Source of the DNA: a virus | Lineage: Duplodnaviria; Caudoviricetes | Strand: one strand, 5' to 3' | Length of the DNA: 64,000 nt | Virus record (IMG/VR): IMGVR_UViG_3300033120_000925 | Location: 8,723 to 72,722 of that record | In this document: positions 20,245 through 29,961 of the stretch, piece by piece | Position numbering within the stretch: the stretch's first letter is position 1 | Layout: every line of letters starts with the position of its first letter | Program-made: the position numbers and the translations under genes | The notes under the pieces: generated by a model | Database searches by the model: none | The model's input: the letters and a program-made list of their open reading frames with translations, nothing else | What the model was told of the DNA's origin: nothing

Positions 20245-22674
20245 TTATTGGTTAATTTCAAATTGTTCCATTTCGGCTTTTTCTGACTCGAAATCTATAG
20301 GGTCTTTTTCCTTTGCTTTTTGGTCCGCAATACGACTGGTGTGCGTGGCCGCCGCCGCAAGATTTTTCTCTTTGTCGGATTGCATCTTTTCGAGTTTCTC
20401 GTGCGCTCCTGAATTGATTAGCATTTGAAGCTCTTGGTCATAAACCCTTTTGTCTGCAAGCGTCAAACGGTCTTGCTCTCCTCTTGCTTTTTCTTTGGCA
20501 ATTTCTCCTTGAGATATTGACTGTTGAACTTGCATTTTTATCTGTCCTTCAAGCTGTGCTGTTTGCTGTTTAAATTGCTCGGCTTGTTGGCTCGCCCTGA
20601 TATTCTCGTCGGCTTGCATCTTGAATTTTTGTGCTTCTTGTTCCTGTGTGATTTTGGCACGTTTCTTAATCAACAACGTCAAATACTGAACGGCCAAGTC
20701 CAATATTTTTATGCCGATGATTTTATACTTGTCGTCAATTCCTATCAATCCTTTTTCGATGGCAAGCGATAAATCAGCTTCTAATTTTGCTTTTTCTTCG
20801 TCGTCCGGCTCCAATGTAAGGTAAATGGCAAAATCACTTAAATGATGGTCTTGAACAGATTCTAAATCCGCTACCGCCGTCGCTCCTAATTTCTGGATTA
20901 ATTCCTCTTTTAGTTTTGGGAAGTATTTAAAAATATCCGCAATTCTATAACTGATACATTCGGCGGTTTTCAAGGTTACGTATTTCATCCCTTCCAAGAT
21001 ATGACGTGTAGCCAAGTTTGAGTTTAACGAAGCTATTTTTTGAATCCCCACCAAACTATCCTTGTCAGGAGTAGAGGCATCGCTGTATTCATTTAACCCG
21101 ATAACATCGGTAAGGCGTTTGATGTAATACGCACACTCATTACGCAATGCTACAAGTTTGTTGATACTATCACCGGTTTGTACTTCTTGAAATGGTTTTG
21201 CATTGGTATTGTCTCCACCCAATGTTTGACTGTTATAAAAGAAGTTACCCGATTGTAACCACATATTCAACATTGTATTGTGATCCGATTTGCTTCCGTC
21301 GGCAAATTCAATGTTGGCAATAGCCGCTAAGTCAATTGCAATACCATCGGGTTTTATTCCTTGGCTAATTTGAACAGCTTTTAGTTCGGTTATGTTACAT
21401 TGGTCCTCGATAGGAATCATTCTGTAAACCAAACTGTCTATAAATCCGTCTTGGTAGTTTGGAGCAATTCCGTTGTATTGTTCCACTACTTTTTGCTTGT
21501 TTCCTTTTGGACGCGACATATTTTGGGCCACTTCCCATTTCAATAAAATATCGGTTCCCAATACGTGAACTCCTTCGAACAAAACTTCCTCAACCAAAGA
21601 AGTAGTTTTATACTTTCTATAGTCTTTTTTCTTGTTAGCTTCGGGAGTAAATTCCCCAACTACTTTACCGCCTGTTTCGGTTTCTATAACTTTTTTTACC
21701 TTTTCCCTAGTAGTTTTATAGGTAAAGTAAAGTAGGTTGGTGGTGCCTTTTAATCTTTGGTTTTGATTAATGCTGTTGTAGTTGTTCCATTGCTCTCCTG
21801 AATTCAAAAGTTGCTCTTTTTGGGAAGCGTATTTTTCCTCATTCAAGTACGGATATTCAATCAAAACATCGCTGACAAGAGTAGTTTTCAACTCTCCGTG
21901 ATAGAAACAATCCCTGAAATAAGGGTCGTTGGTTTGTGATTGTATTTTATTGGCAGGGTCAACGTACTCCAGGATAATTCCTTTACCTGGATGAAATCTA
22001 TTTTTCTCCCAACCCACACCACAAACTACCAAGTCCGTAACAATTTGTTTCTCTATGGTTTGCTTGTGCATATTTTCTTCAAGCACCATTGCAATAAGCA
22101 TTTCTTCCGAAAGACAATTCGAAGGCTTGTATTCCATTTGTAAATGCAAATTCAACTCATCTTCTGTTTGAGGCAATTGGTCGATAGGCATACTTGCAAT
22201 ATCCATCCCGAAAGTTTCCTTTGCTTTTTGGATGATGGGTAGGGATTTTTGGTCATCCTGAATACGTTTTCTATACGCTTGTTTCCCACCCAAAGAGATA
22301 GGGTCGATGGCGTTGGCGTGAATAGAATAGTTGCGATTTGTCATTCCGTTTACCACGACATCCACTAATTTCGGGATAATGGACAACGATTTTTTAGGCA
22401 GGTTCAATAACGAAACATCACCATTTGTACCGATGCTTGGCAGGTATTTTGTCATCGGAACTTTTCCTTTGGCATACATCCTGCGCTCCAAGAAATCAGC
22501 CCTTGCCGTGTAGAATTTCGAGGAAACTCCCCCAATCCCCACATTAAAAAACCATTCACTCGCAATAGCTTGCGCCATCGACATACCCCAATCAGCAGTA
22601 CTCTTCTTTTCGAAGCTGTCCAATTGGCTCGGATAGGATAAATTCCCCTTAATTATTCCTCTTGTATCTGTCAT
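20245..22674 (-). CDS. portal protein
   Basis: 809 aa immediately after terminase, long Q/E-rich coiled-coil C-terminus as in P22/crAss-type portals. Confidence 0.85.
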   Translation of the reverse strand: MTDTRGIIKGNLSYPSQLDSFEKKSTADWGMSMAQAIASEWFFNVGIGGVSSKFYTARADFLERRMYAKGKVPMTKYLPSIGTNGDVSLLNLPKKSLSIIPKLVDVVVNGMTNRNYSIHANAIDPISLGGKQAYRKRIQDDQKSLPIIQKAKETFGMDIASMPIDQLPQTEDELNLHLQMEYKPSNCLSEEMLIAMVLEENMHKQTIEKQIVTDLVVCGVGWEKNRFHPGKGIILEYVDPANKIQSQTNDPYFRDCFYHGELKTTLVSDVLIEYPYLNEEKYASQKEQLLNSGEQWNNYNSINQNQRLKGTTNLLYFTYKTTREKVKKVIETETGGKVVGEFTPEANKKKDYRKYKTTSLVEEVLFEGVHVLGTDILLKWEVAQNMSRPKGNKQKVVEQYNGIAPNYQDGFIDSLVYRMIPIEDQCNITELKAVQISQGIKPDGIAIDLAAIANIEFADGSKSDHNTMLNMWLQSGNFFYNSQTLGGDNTNAKPFQEVQTGDSINKLVALRNECAYYIKRLTDVIGLNEYSDASTPDKDSLVGIQKIASLNSNLATRHILEGMKYVTLKTAECISYRIADIFKYFPKLKEELIQKLGATAVADLESVQDHHLSDFAIYLTLEPDDEEKAKLEADLSLAIEKGLIGIDDKYKIIGIKILDLAVQYLTLLIKKRAKITQEQEAQKFKMQADENIRASQQAEQFKQQTAQLEGQIKMQVQQSISQGEIAKEKARGEQDRLTLADKRVYDQELQMLINSGAHEKLEKMQSDKEKNLAAAATHTSRIADQKAKEKDPIDFESEKAEMEQFEINQ

Positions 22675-22680
22675 CTCTTT

Positions 22681-25332
22681 TTAATTATTATATCTTTTTA
22701 GGTTTAAAACAAATGGTTTATCTTCTCCTTGTTTCGGCTTGTATGGAGTTCTATTTACAGCCATAATTGCATATCCTGACGCAATCGTGGCGTCAAAATC
22801 AGTCCTTTTAGCCACGTTAAATTTACCCCAATCCCTTAACGTTCTGTCAAAAGGCATACTTCCTATTTCGCCTTCTTCTCTAACTGGGTGAACATTTTGC
22901 CCTTGGACATAATGCCCTACATATTTATCGATGTAGCTTTCAATTCCTGTCCAGTGTTGGGTAATTATATCGGCTCCCGAACTCGGCACTCCACCCAGAT
23001 CTTTTTCTACTTGAGATAGTTTATTCATTGGTTTGTCGAACCGGTGTATGGAATATCCTCGATAACCCCTATTTCTAAAGTGGAGCAAAAACCTTGTTTT
23101 GTTATTTTCGATTAAATTTGGCATACCGTAAAAAACACAAGCCATTAAGCAGTCCTCAAAGAATATCTCCGCAGTTTGTGGTCGTGTGATGTATTCCAAA
23201 AAGAAATAATTACTGGGAGCATTTTTCATTGTAGTTTTAGTAAGTCCTAACATAGCCCCTTTCGAACCGCCGTTATATTCTGATCCATTTTCCGTATCTT
23301 CCAACTTGCTTCCCTGAACAGAGTCTTGGTCATAGGTATCTGTTCCAAAAGCACCTAAATCATCGTTTAATGGGTGTTTTGAAACGTGTCCAAATTCATT
23401 TCTCTTTATTATCCATCTGTTTTGCATTTCGGCAGGAGGAATCCATCCAACCAAGAACCTTCCTTTTTCGGTTGGAGTCCAAATAACACGACTATCAGGA
23501 ATGTTGTTCTCCCACGAAAAATTACCTCTCGTTAAGGTTTTTCTAATATCGTAGGTTTCGTTATGTTCTAATTGGTCGTTTATTTTTTGTTGGTCAAGTA
23601 ATGTTGAAACTGATTCGTCTCTAAAGGCATCGGCTTTTGTAATCGGGTCTAGTCTTCGAGCATTCCAATAATTCTTTTCTCCTAATAACCTTGCTGATTT
23701 GAATTCGTTTTCTAAATACTGTAATGCCCCGTAGAGTTTTAGTTCGCCTTGTGCGTTTATAAAACTTTTGCCGGTTTCCACTACTGAATGGCAAACTCCA
23801 TATTTATCGGTGTAATCCTCTGCGTTTTGATGCGCAGGAAGGAAATAAGCGTATAATCCTGTAATTGTTCTTCCGTTATCATTACGCTTTAATACATTCG
23901 AGCCTATATCCATTAATTTGAAATCGCTACCTCCTTTGTTCATAGGATTAAGCGTCGAACCAATAAATGATTTTCCAACAACTCTACCTCCTTGAATCAT
24001 TGTAGGTTTTATATTTGCCCAATGTGCCAAATAGCTTAAATACTCCCATTTTGAGGCTTCATCACCTAAATACATATTAAGTTTTACGGAGTCATAAGAA
24101 AGTATCGCAGTGGCTCTATAATCGACTGTTGTGTTTAAATAATCGTGAGTAGATGTATCTTTAGTTTTCTTGGCCGCCCTTGAATTGTCAGAAGGTTTTC
24201 CAAACACCATTTTCTTAATGTCGTCGATTTTCCCCTTCACAATAGGTTGAAAAAAGAAAGGTAAATTCTGAATTACATAAGAGTATTTTTGAAAAGCAAC
24301 CATCGCATCCGTATCGGATTTTGATGTTATTCCTATCTTTTGATTTTTGGTTGTTGTAGATAATTGAACTAAATGGTCAAGTGCCATCTCTGTGAACCCC
24401 GTACGACGTCCTTTTGTAAAAAACATCCCAATACACCTTCTGTCAATAAGGCACGCTTTGGCGAAGTAATACATATTAGCTTGTGCCATACGAAATTCTT
24501 TATAACCACCTGTGTCGGCCATTTGATTCCATTGCATTCCCATATAATGCTCAGGGGTAAGATAAACTGCCTCGCCATTATTCATAAACCAAACTCCTTC
24601 ACGTCGGCGTTTGAATTCCTTAATTATGTATTCTGCAAATGCTTCTTCAGTATCAGGAGTCAATCCTTTTGGAAACTCTTGCCTTCTCCAAAACTGTTGC
24701 TCTTTTGGCATCCTGTGGAATAATATATCCGTATTTTTAGGCTTTTTAGGCAACATAATATTTAGCCCGTCAAGCGTAATCACCTTGCCTTTTGTTCCTA
24801 AAGGGCAAATCATTACACTGTCAGTATCTACATCATACCATTCTTTATGATAGTTTTTTAATGGTAAAAACTCTTGGTTAGCAAACTTTTCAGGATACCC
24901 CCTTTTGAATTCTCTTGATTGTAAGTCAAACTTATCGGCTTCTATTTGGTTTTTAAGGTCAATATTTCCCGCATTAATATCAGTAATTGCCTTTAATATA
25001 ATTGGTTTGGAACGAATAGCGTTTCCGTATTTTTCGGCATCTAAGTCTTCGAAATTGATGTCTTTTTTTAATGCTTTTCTAAGGACTTCGATTGATTTTT
25101 CTCCCGCGCGTACAAGTTCTACTACGTAATTTTTAAACTTCTCGTGGCTAGGAGCATTTGGAGAATTTTGCCAAGTGACTAAAAGTTCTTTAATCGCAGA
25201 AAATGAATCAATTCTTGATTTAACCAAGGAAGACAGTTTATCATCGTCAACTTTTGTCAAGTCAACATTTATCTCCATACCTTGTAAGGCATTGATAATT
25301 GATAATTCTATTTCTTCACTTAATCCAATCAT
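22681..25332 (-). CDS. terL: terminase large subunit with long N-terminal helical extension
   Basis: Walker A-like KGRRTGFT, Walker B MYLGDEASKW, nuclease FGTDTYD and late D in DATIASG; start could be 25332 (leaderless) or 25278. Confidence 0.9.
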   Translation of the reverse strand: MIGLSEEIELSIINALQGMEINVDLTKVDDDKLSSLVKSRIDSFSAIKELLVTWQNSPNAPSHEKFKNYVVELVRAGEKSIEVLRKALKKDINFEDLDAEKYGNAIRSKPIILKAITDINAGNIDLKNQIEADKFDLQSREFKRGYPEKFANQEFLPLKNYHKEWYDVDTDSVMICPLGTKGKVITLDGLNIMLPKKPKNTDILFHRMPKEQQFWRRQEFPKGLTPDTEEAFAEYIIKEFKRRREGVWFMNNGEAVYLTPEHYMGMQWNQMADTGGYKEFRMAQANMYYFAKACLIDRRCIGMFFTKGRRTGFTEMALDHLVQLSTTTKNQKIGITSKSDTDAMVAFQKYSYVIQNLPFFFQPIVKGKIDDIKKMVFGKPSDNSRAAKKTKDTSTHDYLNTTVDYRATAILSYDSVKLNMYLGDEASKWEYLSYLAHWANIKPTMIQGGRVVGKSFIGSTLNPMNKGGSDFKLMDIGSNVLKRNDNGRTITGLYAYFLPAHQNAEDYTDKYGVCHSVVETGKSFINAQGELKLYGALQYLENEFKSARLLGEKNYWNARRLDPITKADAFRDESVSTLLDQQKINDQLEHNETYDIRKTLTRGNFSWENNIPDSRVIWTPTEKGRFLVGWIPPAEMQNRWIIKRNEFGHVSKHPLNDDLGAFGTDTYDQDSVQGSKLEDTENGSEYNGGSKGAMLGLTKTTMKNAPSNYFFLEYITRPQTAEIFFEDCLMACVFYGMPNLIENNKTRFLLHFRNRGYRGYSIHRFDKPMNKLSQVEKDLGGVPSSGADIITQHWTGIESYIDKYVGHYVQGQNVHPVREEGEIGSMPFDRTLRDWGKFNVAKRTDFDATIASGYAIMAVNRTPYKPKQGEDKPFVLNLKRYNN

Positions 25333-25336
25333 AAAA

Positions 25337-25378
25337 CAAAGGTATATTTTATATGTTTACAAACGTTTGTTGTCGTTT
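25337..25378 (-). promoter_or_regulatory. late-type promoter for terminase/portal
   Basis: CAAAGGTA 25337-25344, 15 bp, then CAAACGTTTGTTGTCGTTT. Confidence 0.7.
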
Positions 25379-25391
25379 AAAAATCGCAAGA

Positions 25392-25955
25392 CTAATCTTG
25401 TAGTTTGGCAAGAACACGATTGCTTTTCATCATATACAATCGCTCTCCGTCGATATTGAATTCATATTCTGCATCAAAATGAAAGGCAATTTTATCTCCT
25501 GGATTTACGCCTTCTGACTGTAGAGTTTTGTTCACGTAGCGTACAATCCCAACGTGTTCTTTTTCTACCTCTCCAAGCCATTTATCATTTTCGATAATTG
25601 GTTCCACGAATACCACGTTGTCAACGGCCACTTTCTTGCCGTCACGAATAGCCATATAAATCAAATCCGGCTCCACTTGAAACAGATTATCTTTGATATG
25701 AAAGTCGCTTTCCCTAATTTTTCCTGTACCCGAATAACTGATGCGAAAGATGTTGTGATGCACTACAACTTCATCGCCTACTTTTATGTCGCCATTGTAG
25801 GTTAGGGGTACGGCGACAACAACTCCTATTCGTTGCACATTTGCAGCGTGTTCGATGGAGGTATTTACAGTTAACTCCTTGTCCCCAATCTTTACGGTAT
25901 TAATGTACTGCTCGTTGTTTCTTGGACTTACGATAAAATGAAATGGCATTCTCAT
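25392..25955 (-). CDS. GroES-like co-chaperonin, probably two tandem GroES folds
   Basis: GVVVAVP...IKVGDEVVVHH and GIVRY...GVNPGDKIAF...FNIDGERLYMM repeat the GroES pattern. Confidence 0.7.
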   Translation of the reverse strand: MRMPFHFIVSPRNNEQYINTVKIGDKELTVNTSIEHAANVQRIGVVVAVPLTYNGDIKVGDEVVVHHNIFRISYSGTGKIRESDFHIKDNLFQVEPDLIYMAIRDGKKVAVDNVVFVEPIIENDKWLGEVEKEHVGIVRYVNKTLQSEGVNPGDKIAFHFDAEYEFNIDGERLYMMKSNRVLAKLQD

Positions 25956-25957
25956 AA

Positions 25958-26200
25958 TTAGTCGATAAAATAAATAACGTTTACCCTATCACTTTTAGCA
26001 ATGTCGCACCAATGTTGTGAGGTTTCGCCTGTTCCAATATATATTTCGTAGCAAGTTTCAGATTCTATGATTTCAAATATTGTACGTTTCTGAACTACAT
26101 CTTTTATGGGTAAATTTCTCGTTTGGCCCACGGTATAAACAAAAGGCTCTCTTCCGAAGATGGCTTCTGTAATCTGTCTAATTCTTTTGTTATTTGGCAT
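25958..26200 (-). CDS. hypothetical protein
   Basis: Intact ORF in operon. Confidence 0.65.
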   Translation of the reverse strand: MPNNKRIRQITEAIFGREPFVYTVGQTRNLPIKDVVQKRTIFEIIESETCYEIYIGTGETSQHWCDIAKSDRVNVIYFID

Positions 26201-26210
26201 TTTTTATGAT

Positions 26211-26621
26211 TTAAAAATTTACTGAATTTATTGTAGGAATAGCAACGGCACTACTTCTTCCGGTTATGGTTACTGTACAAATTGAATCCAACGGGCTTAT
26301 AGGCATATATGCATAACCTGATGAAGCCACTCCGCTGGAATCTAACGTAACATATCCTGTGCGTATTAAATGTGTTGAATCTACCATTGGAACACTTATT
26401 GGCGCTGAAAACTCTAATGAATCAAAGTCTACGGCGGCAGAAACTACAAAACTCAAATCAAGGACTTCAAACGGCTCTCCGTTTAGAAAGTCTAATGTTC
26501 CTGTTCCTGCTAATGCCCCCTCTAAAATAGGAGAGGAAGCGGTAATTGTTAATTCGGTTTCGGGAGGCGGTATTAAAGAGTCTCGCCTCAACATATAAAT
26601 CATTTTTTTGAATGGGTGCAT
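26211..26621 (-). CDS. putative virion accessory protein (beta-rich, Ig-like?)
   Basis: S/T/V-rich beta composition, follows the collagen fibre gene. Confidence 0.4.
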   Translation of the reverse strand: MHPFKKMIYMLRRDSLIPPPETELTITASSPILEGALAGTGTLDFLNGEPFEVLDLSFVVSAAVDFDSLEFSAPISVPMVDSTHLIRTGYVTLDSSGVASSGYAYMPISPLDSICTVTITGRSSAVAIPTINSVNF

Positions 26622-26624
26622 AAT

Positions 26625-27452
26625 TTATACTTTTAGGTTTCCGAGAAGTGTGCATATTTGGTTGTTGTTGTCTCTTTCGATGAAGGCAGGGTCGTATTGG
26701 GCGTTTATTCTGTACCCTACAGGATTGTTCAATACCATTGTTCCGCCGCCGACGAAGGAAACCTCGCCAACTCCTTTGCGGATAAACCCGCAACAAAACT
26801 TGGCTATGGTCAAAGTATCGGGAATCGTTACCACAATGTCCGTGGCGTTTTTCAATTGTATGATGTAGTTGTTGTCCGAATCCGCCACCGAAAAACTGGT
26901 GCTCATATCGCGCTGTAGATTATTGGAAGCGTCTATTCCATTCGTTCCGTTTGTGCCGTTAGTTCCATTTGTTCCCGCTACTCCCTGAATGCCCTGTATT
27001 CCTTGTATTCCCTGAATGCCTTGCGCTCCCGTAGCACCTGTAGCACCAGTCGCTCCTGTAGGGCCAACTGATGTAGGTATGGTGATAAAATCCCCTGCTG
27101 TAACCGGTGTTTTGTCTAGTCCTATTTCCACGTCCTGTAGTTTCAATATCGACTTGGCTCCGTTCAGGCTAACAACAACTACGTGGTATTGGTCTACGAC
27201 AAAAAACGGATCAAGAGCATTTACTACTTCCTCTACCGTATCGTATGCTTCTCCTGTATAGCTTATTTCAGTAAATCGCAATGTTCCTCCGGTCAATGGC
27301 GAAAGTCCACTTTTGAAATAAGCTCTTAATTTTCCCATCAAGAAATTCTTGGTTGTCTTGGCCGTCGTGTTGCCGTCGGTTCCAATGATTGAGTCTAAGT
27401 CAGAAACATCCGTGTCTATGATATAAACGTCTTGATTGCTTATTTTTGTCAT
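26625..27452 (-). CDS. collagen-like fibre protein
   Basis: [43 protein letters not shown] Gly-X-Y run; N-terminus resembles that of the main tail fibre. Confidence 0.75.
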   Translation of the reverse strand: MTKISNQDVYIIDTDVSDLDSIIGTDGNTTAKTTKNFLMGKLRAYFKSGLSPLTGGTLRFTEISYTGEAYDTVEEVVNALDPFFVVDQYHVVVVSLNGAKSILKLQDVEIGLDKTPVTAGDFITIPTSVGPTGATGATGATGAQGIQGIQGIQGIQGVAGTNGTNGTNGTNGIDASNNLQRDMSTSFSVADSDNNYIIQLKNATDIVVTIPDTLTIAKFCCGFIRKGVGEVSFVGGGTMVLNNPVGYRINAQYDPAFIERDNNNQICTLLGNLKV

Positions 27453-27458
27453 TTTTGA

Positions 27459-27692
27459 TTAGTTTAGTTTTTCTATAATTACGTTATTCTCTTCCAATAT
27501 TTCTGCGATTGCTTCGAAAACTAAATCTAAAGCCCCGTTGTCGTCGCCTTCAAACTTGTAGGATATTTTCTTTTTCAGGTTGCAGGTAATCTCGTGTAAA
27601 GAATCAAACATTCCATCTGCATTGTTGTACAAATTGTAATCCCTTAAATCATTTTCCCTTCTTAAATCAAGTTTTATCGTTACTTTTGCCAT
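27459..27692 (-). CDS. hypothetical protein
   Basis: Intact ORF in operon. Confidence 0.65.
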   Translation of the reverse strand: MAKVTIKLDLRRENDLRDYNLYNNADGMFDSLHEITCNLKKKISYKFEGDDNGALDLVFEAIAEILEENNVIIEKLN

Positions 27693-27693
27693 C

Positions 27694-27894
27694 TTATTTA
27701 GGTTTTATCATATCATTAAAAAATTCGATAAAGTCATTCGATGCTTGATTTATCGGTTCTTGAATAAACTCCTCAATCTGAACAGCATTCTTGATGTGTT
27801 CGCGAACTTTTACTTTCGCCTCCGTAATGTTTTCGGCCTCGACTTTGTATTTAAAATCAATTCCTTTTAGCGTGCAAATGAAGTTGTATATCAT
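27694..27894 (-). CDS. hypothetical protein
   Basis: Intact ORF in operon. Confidence 0.6.
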   Translation of the reverse strand: MIYNFICTLKGIDFKYKVEAENITEAKVKVREHIKNAVQIEEFIQEPINQASNDFIEFFNDMIKPK

Positions 27895-28106
27895 AATAAA
27901 GTTGTTTTTGCTTAATAAACTAGATAGGTTTATTGTTGTTTTTTTGGTTTATTATCCCAATAATATTCACAATTTCCTTTTTCATCTTTCGGCGGAATCG
28001 TAAAAAAAGACTGCATATACTTGCTTTGTGGAGCAGTATAGCGATAGCACTTTTCTTTTAAAGGACAATCCCTGCCCGAACACATTGTTATATCTGCCAT
28101 AGCTTT

Positions 28107-28295
28107 TTATTTAGGATTAAAACCTTTTTTTAATTTCATATAATTAGCAGCTCTTTCTTTTGGAGTTAATTCTAAATTAACCGTGATTTTTCTTGTTTCA
28201 CACCCCATTTTATGAACTCCGTCTTTCTGACCGCAATATTTACATTTTACCATTTTCATACTTTGTTCATTATTATGTTCACGAATAATGAACAT
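28107..28295 (-). CDS. small zinc-finger-like protein
   Basis: CKYCGQKDGVHKMGC; the true start is probably the internal MKMVKC. Confidence 0.5.
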   Translation of the reverse strand: MFIIREHNNEQSMKMVKCKYCGQKDGVHKMGCETRKITVNLELTPKERAANYMKLKKGFNPK

Positions 28296-28700
28296 TTACG
28301 TTTCCGTGAACATTACTTTTTAGTGAACAATAAACCCCAATTTTTAGGGTTTAACTTTCGGCAAAAAGTAATGATATGTGCCGAAAGTTAATTTTTGCTA
28401 AACGTACCGTTTTATGGTACTTACCGCAACATTTTACTTCTTCATTTGTCCAGTTTTTAGCGCAATAAACTGGACATTTCGTTTGCGCTTTACTACACAT
28501 TGTGTAGTGATTTTGTCACATTTGTAATCTAAATTTGTGACAAACTTTTTCGAACACCTACTTAGTACTTTTTTTGCTATTTCCCTTATTTTACAGTGCT
28601 TTAGCCTGGTACGTTTGTCGCAATTATCCGCTATATTTGCGACAATTTTGTAACACATCTGTCTAATGTTTGTTACGAAAACAAATACTTGTTGTCGTTT

Positions 28701-29930
28701 TTACATTTTGCCAAAAATGTAATTGTTTATCCCTTTTTGTTCCTCGAAATAATTGAAATGCGTAAAGCAACTCAATGTGTTCTTAAAATTTGATTTAACC
28801 CAGTCTGATGGAGGACTAAACGCTCCGAAATTCTGGTATTCAAATGCTGTGCTGCTCGTGAAATCAAACATTAATTGGTGTGAATCTCCCTTGCTGAACT
28901 CTACTTTGTATTGATATAGTTTGTATTCGTCAATATAGTTTTTGATTTTCTCTATTTGCGCCGCGTCCAATATTGGTTTAAAACCAAACTTCAAACTTTT
29001 TTCGTCTTTCCCGTGGGTCAAAATAAAACAACGGTTCTGGATGATGTAATGGTCAATGAACTTTCTTTGGTTAATTACTTCTATGGTGTTTGGGTATTTA
29101 AGCTCTATATAGGCTTTAAATGCGCTATTTACTATATATCCAAAACTCCCTGCGTGATTGTCGTTGCAAATATTTATGAAGCTAATTTTGTCAAAATACG
29201 GCATCAAATTATCTACCAATGCAACCTTGAATTTCAATCCAATGTCAAACATTTGTTGGTTATCCATATTCTGTGGAAGTTTATGTCCTCCTCTCGTGGT
29301 AAAACCGTCGAATCCATCAAGGTAATCTCCAAGGTCTTGTATAACAAGTGTGTTCGATTTCTTATTTTCGATGGTGTGATTCACCAGTTCTCCAAGTCTT
29401 TTGAATAACGTTGCTTCGTCCCATTCTCCATCATATAAAGCATATCCGTCTTTGTTTACATCCATTCCTATATGAATATCGGTAATTACCAATCTATCAA
29501 ATAAGGCTGTAGGCTTAAAATTATCAATCGGCTTTAAGGCAATAGCCTGTATTTTATCCTTGAATATCGACAAAAAGTCAATTTCCTTGACGATTTTGTC
29601 TTCCTCAACTGGCGCCACGTAATTAGGATTCACAATAAATCCACTCACGCCACTTCCGTCTTTGTTTTTTGTTTTGATCCAAAGGTTTTTGGCCGACGTG
29701 AAATCTACTTTTATTTCATCGCAAGCATCGTAAACGCCTTCATTTCTATCCAATATTCGGCTTTTATTCCTTCTGATGTACTTGGAACAAGCCTGTCTTC
29801 CGAAAGCATCTAATTCGAGCTTGAGGCGATTAACCACCTCAATCGGCTCAATGCCTTCGTTTTCTTGTAATATTTTCTTAATCTCGTTATCATAAATGTT
29901 CCATTGACTTCCTGTGTGCTGATTTGACAT
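28701..29930 (-). CDS. calcineurin-like metallophosphoesterase
   Basis: DIHIG, DLGDYLDG, NDNH, THG, GDSH motifs. Confidence 0.75.
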   Translation of the reverse strand: MSNQHTGSQWNIYDNEIKKILQENEGIEPIEVVNRLKLELDAFGRQACSKYIRRNKSRILDRNEGVYDACDEIKVDFTSAKNLWIKTKNKDGSGVSGFIVNPNYVAPVEEDKIVKEIDFLSIFKDKIQAIALKPIDNFKPTALFDRLVITDIHIGMDVNKDGYALYDGEWDEATLFKRLGELVNHTIENKKSNTLVIQDLGDYLDGFDGFTTRGGHKLPQNMDNQQMFDIGLKFKVALVDNLMPYFDKISFINICNDNHAGSFGYIVNSAFKAYIELKYPNTIEVINQRKFIDHYIIQNRCFILTHGKDEKSLKFGFKPILDAAQIEKIKNYIDEYKLYQYKVEFSKGDSHQLMFDFTSSTAFEYQNFGAFSPPSDWVKSNFKNTLSCFTHFNYFEEQKGINNYIFGKM

Positions 29931-29961
29931 ATTTGATTTAATTTGATTTCTAATAAGAACT

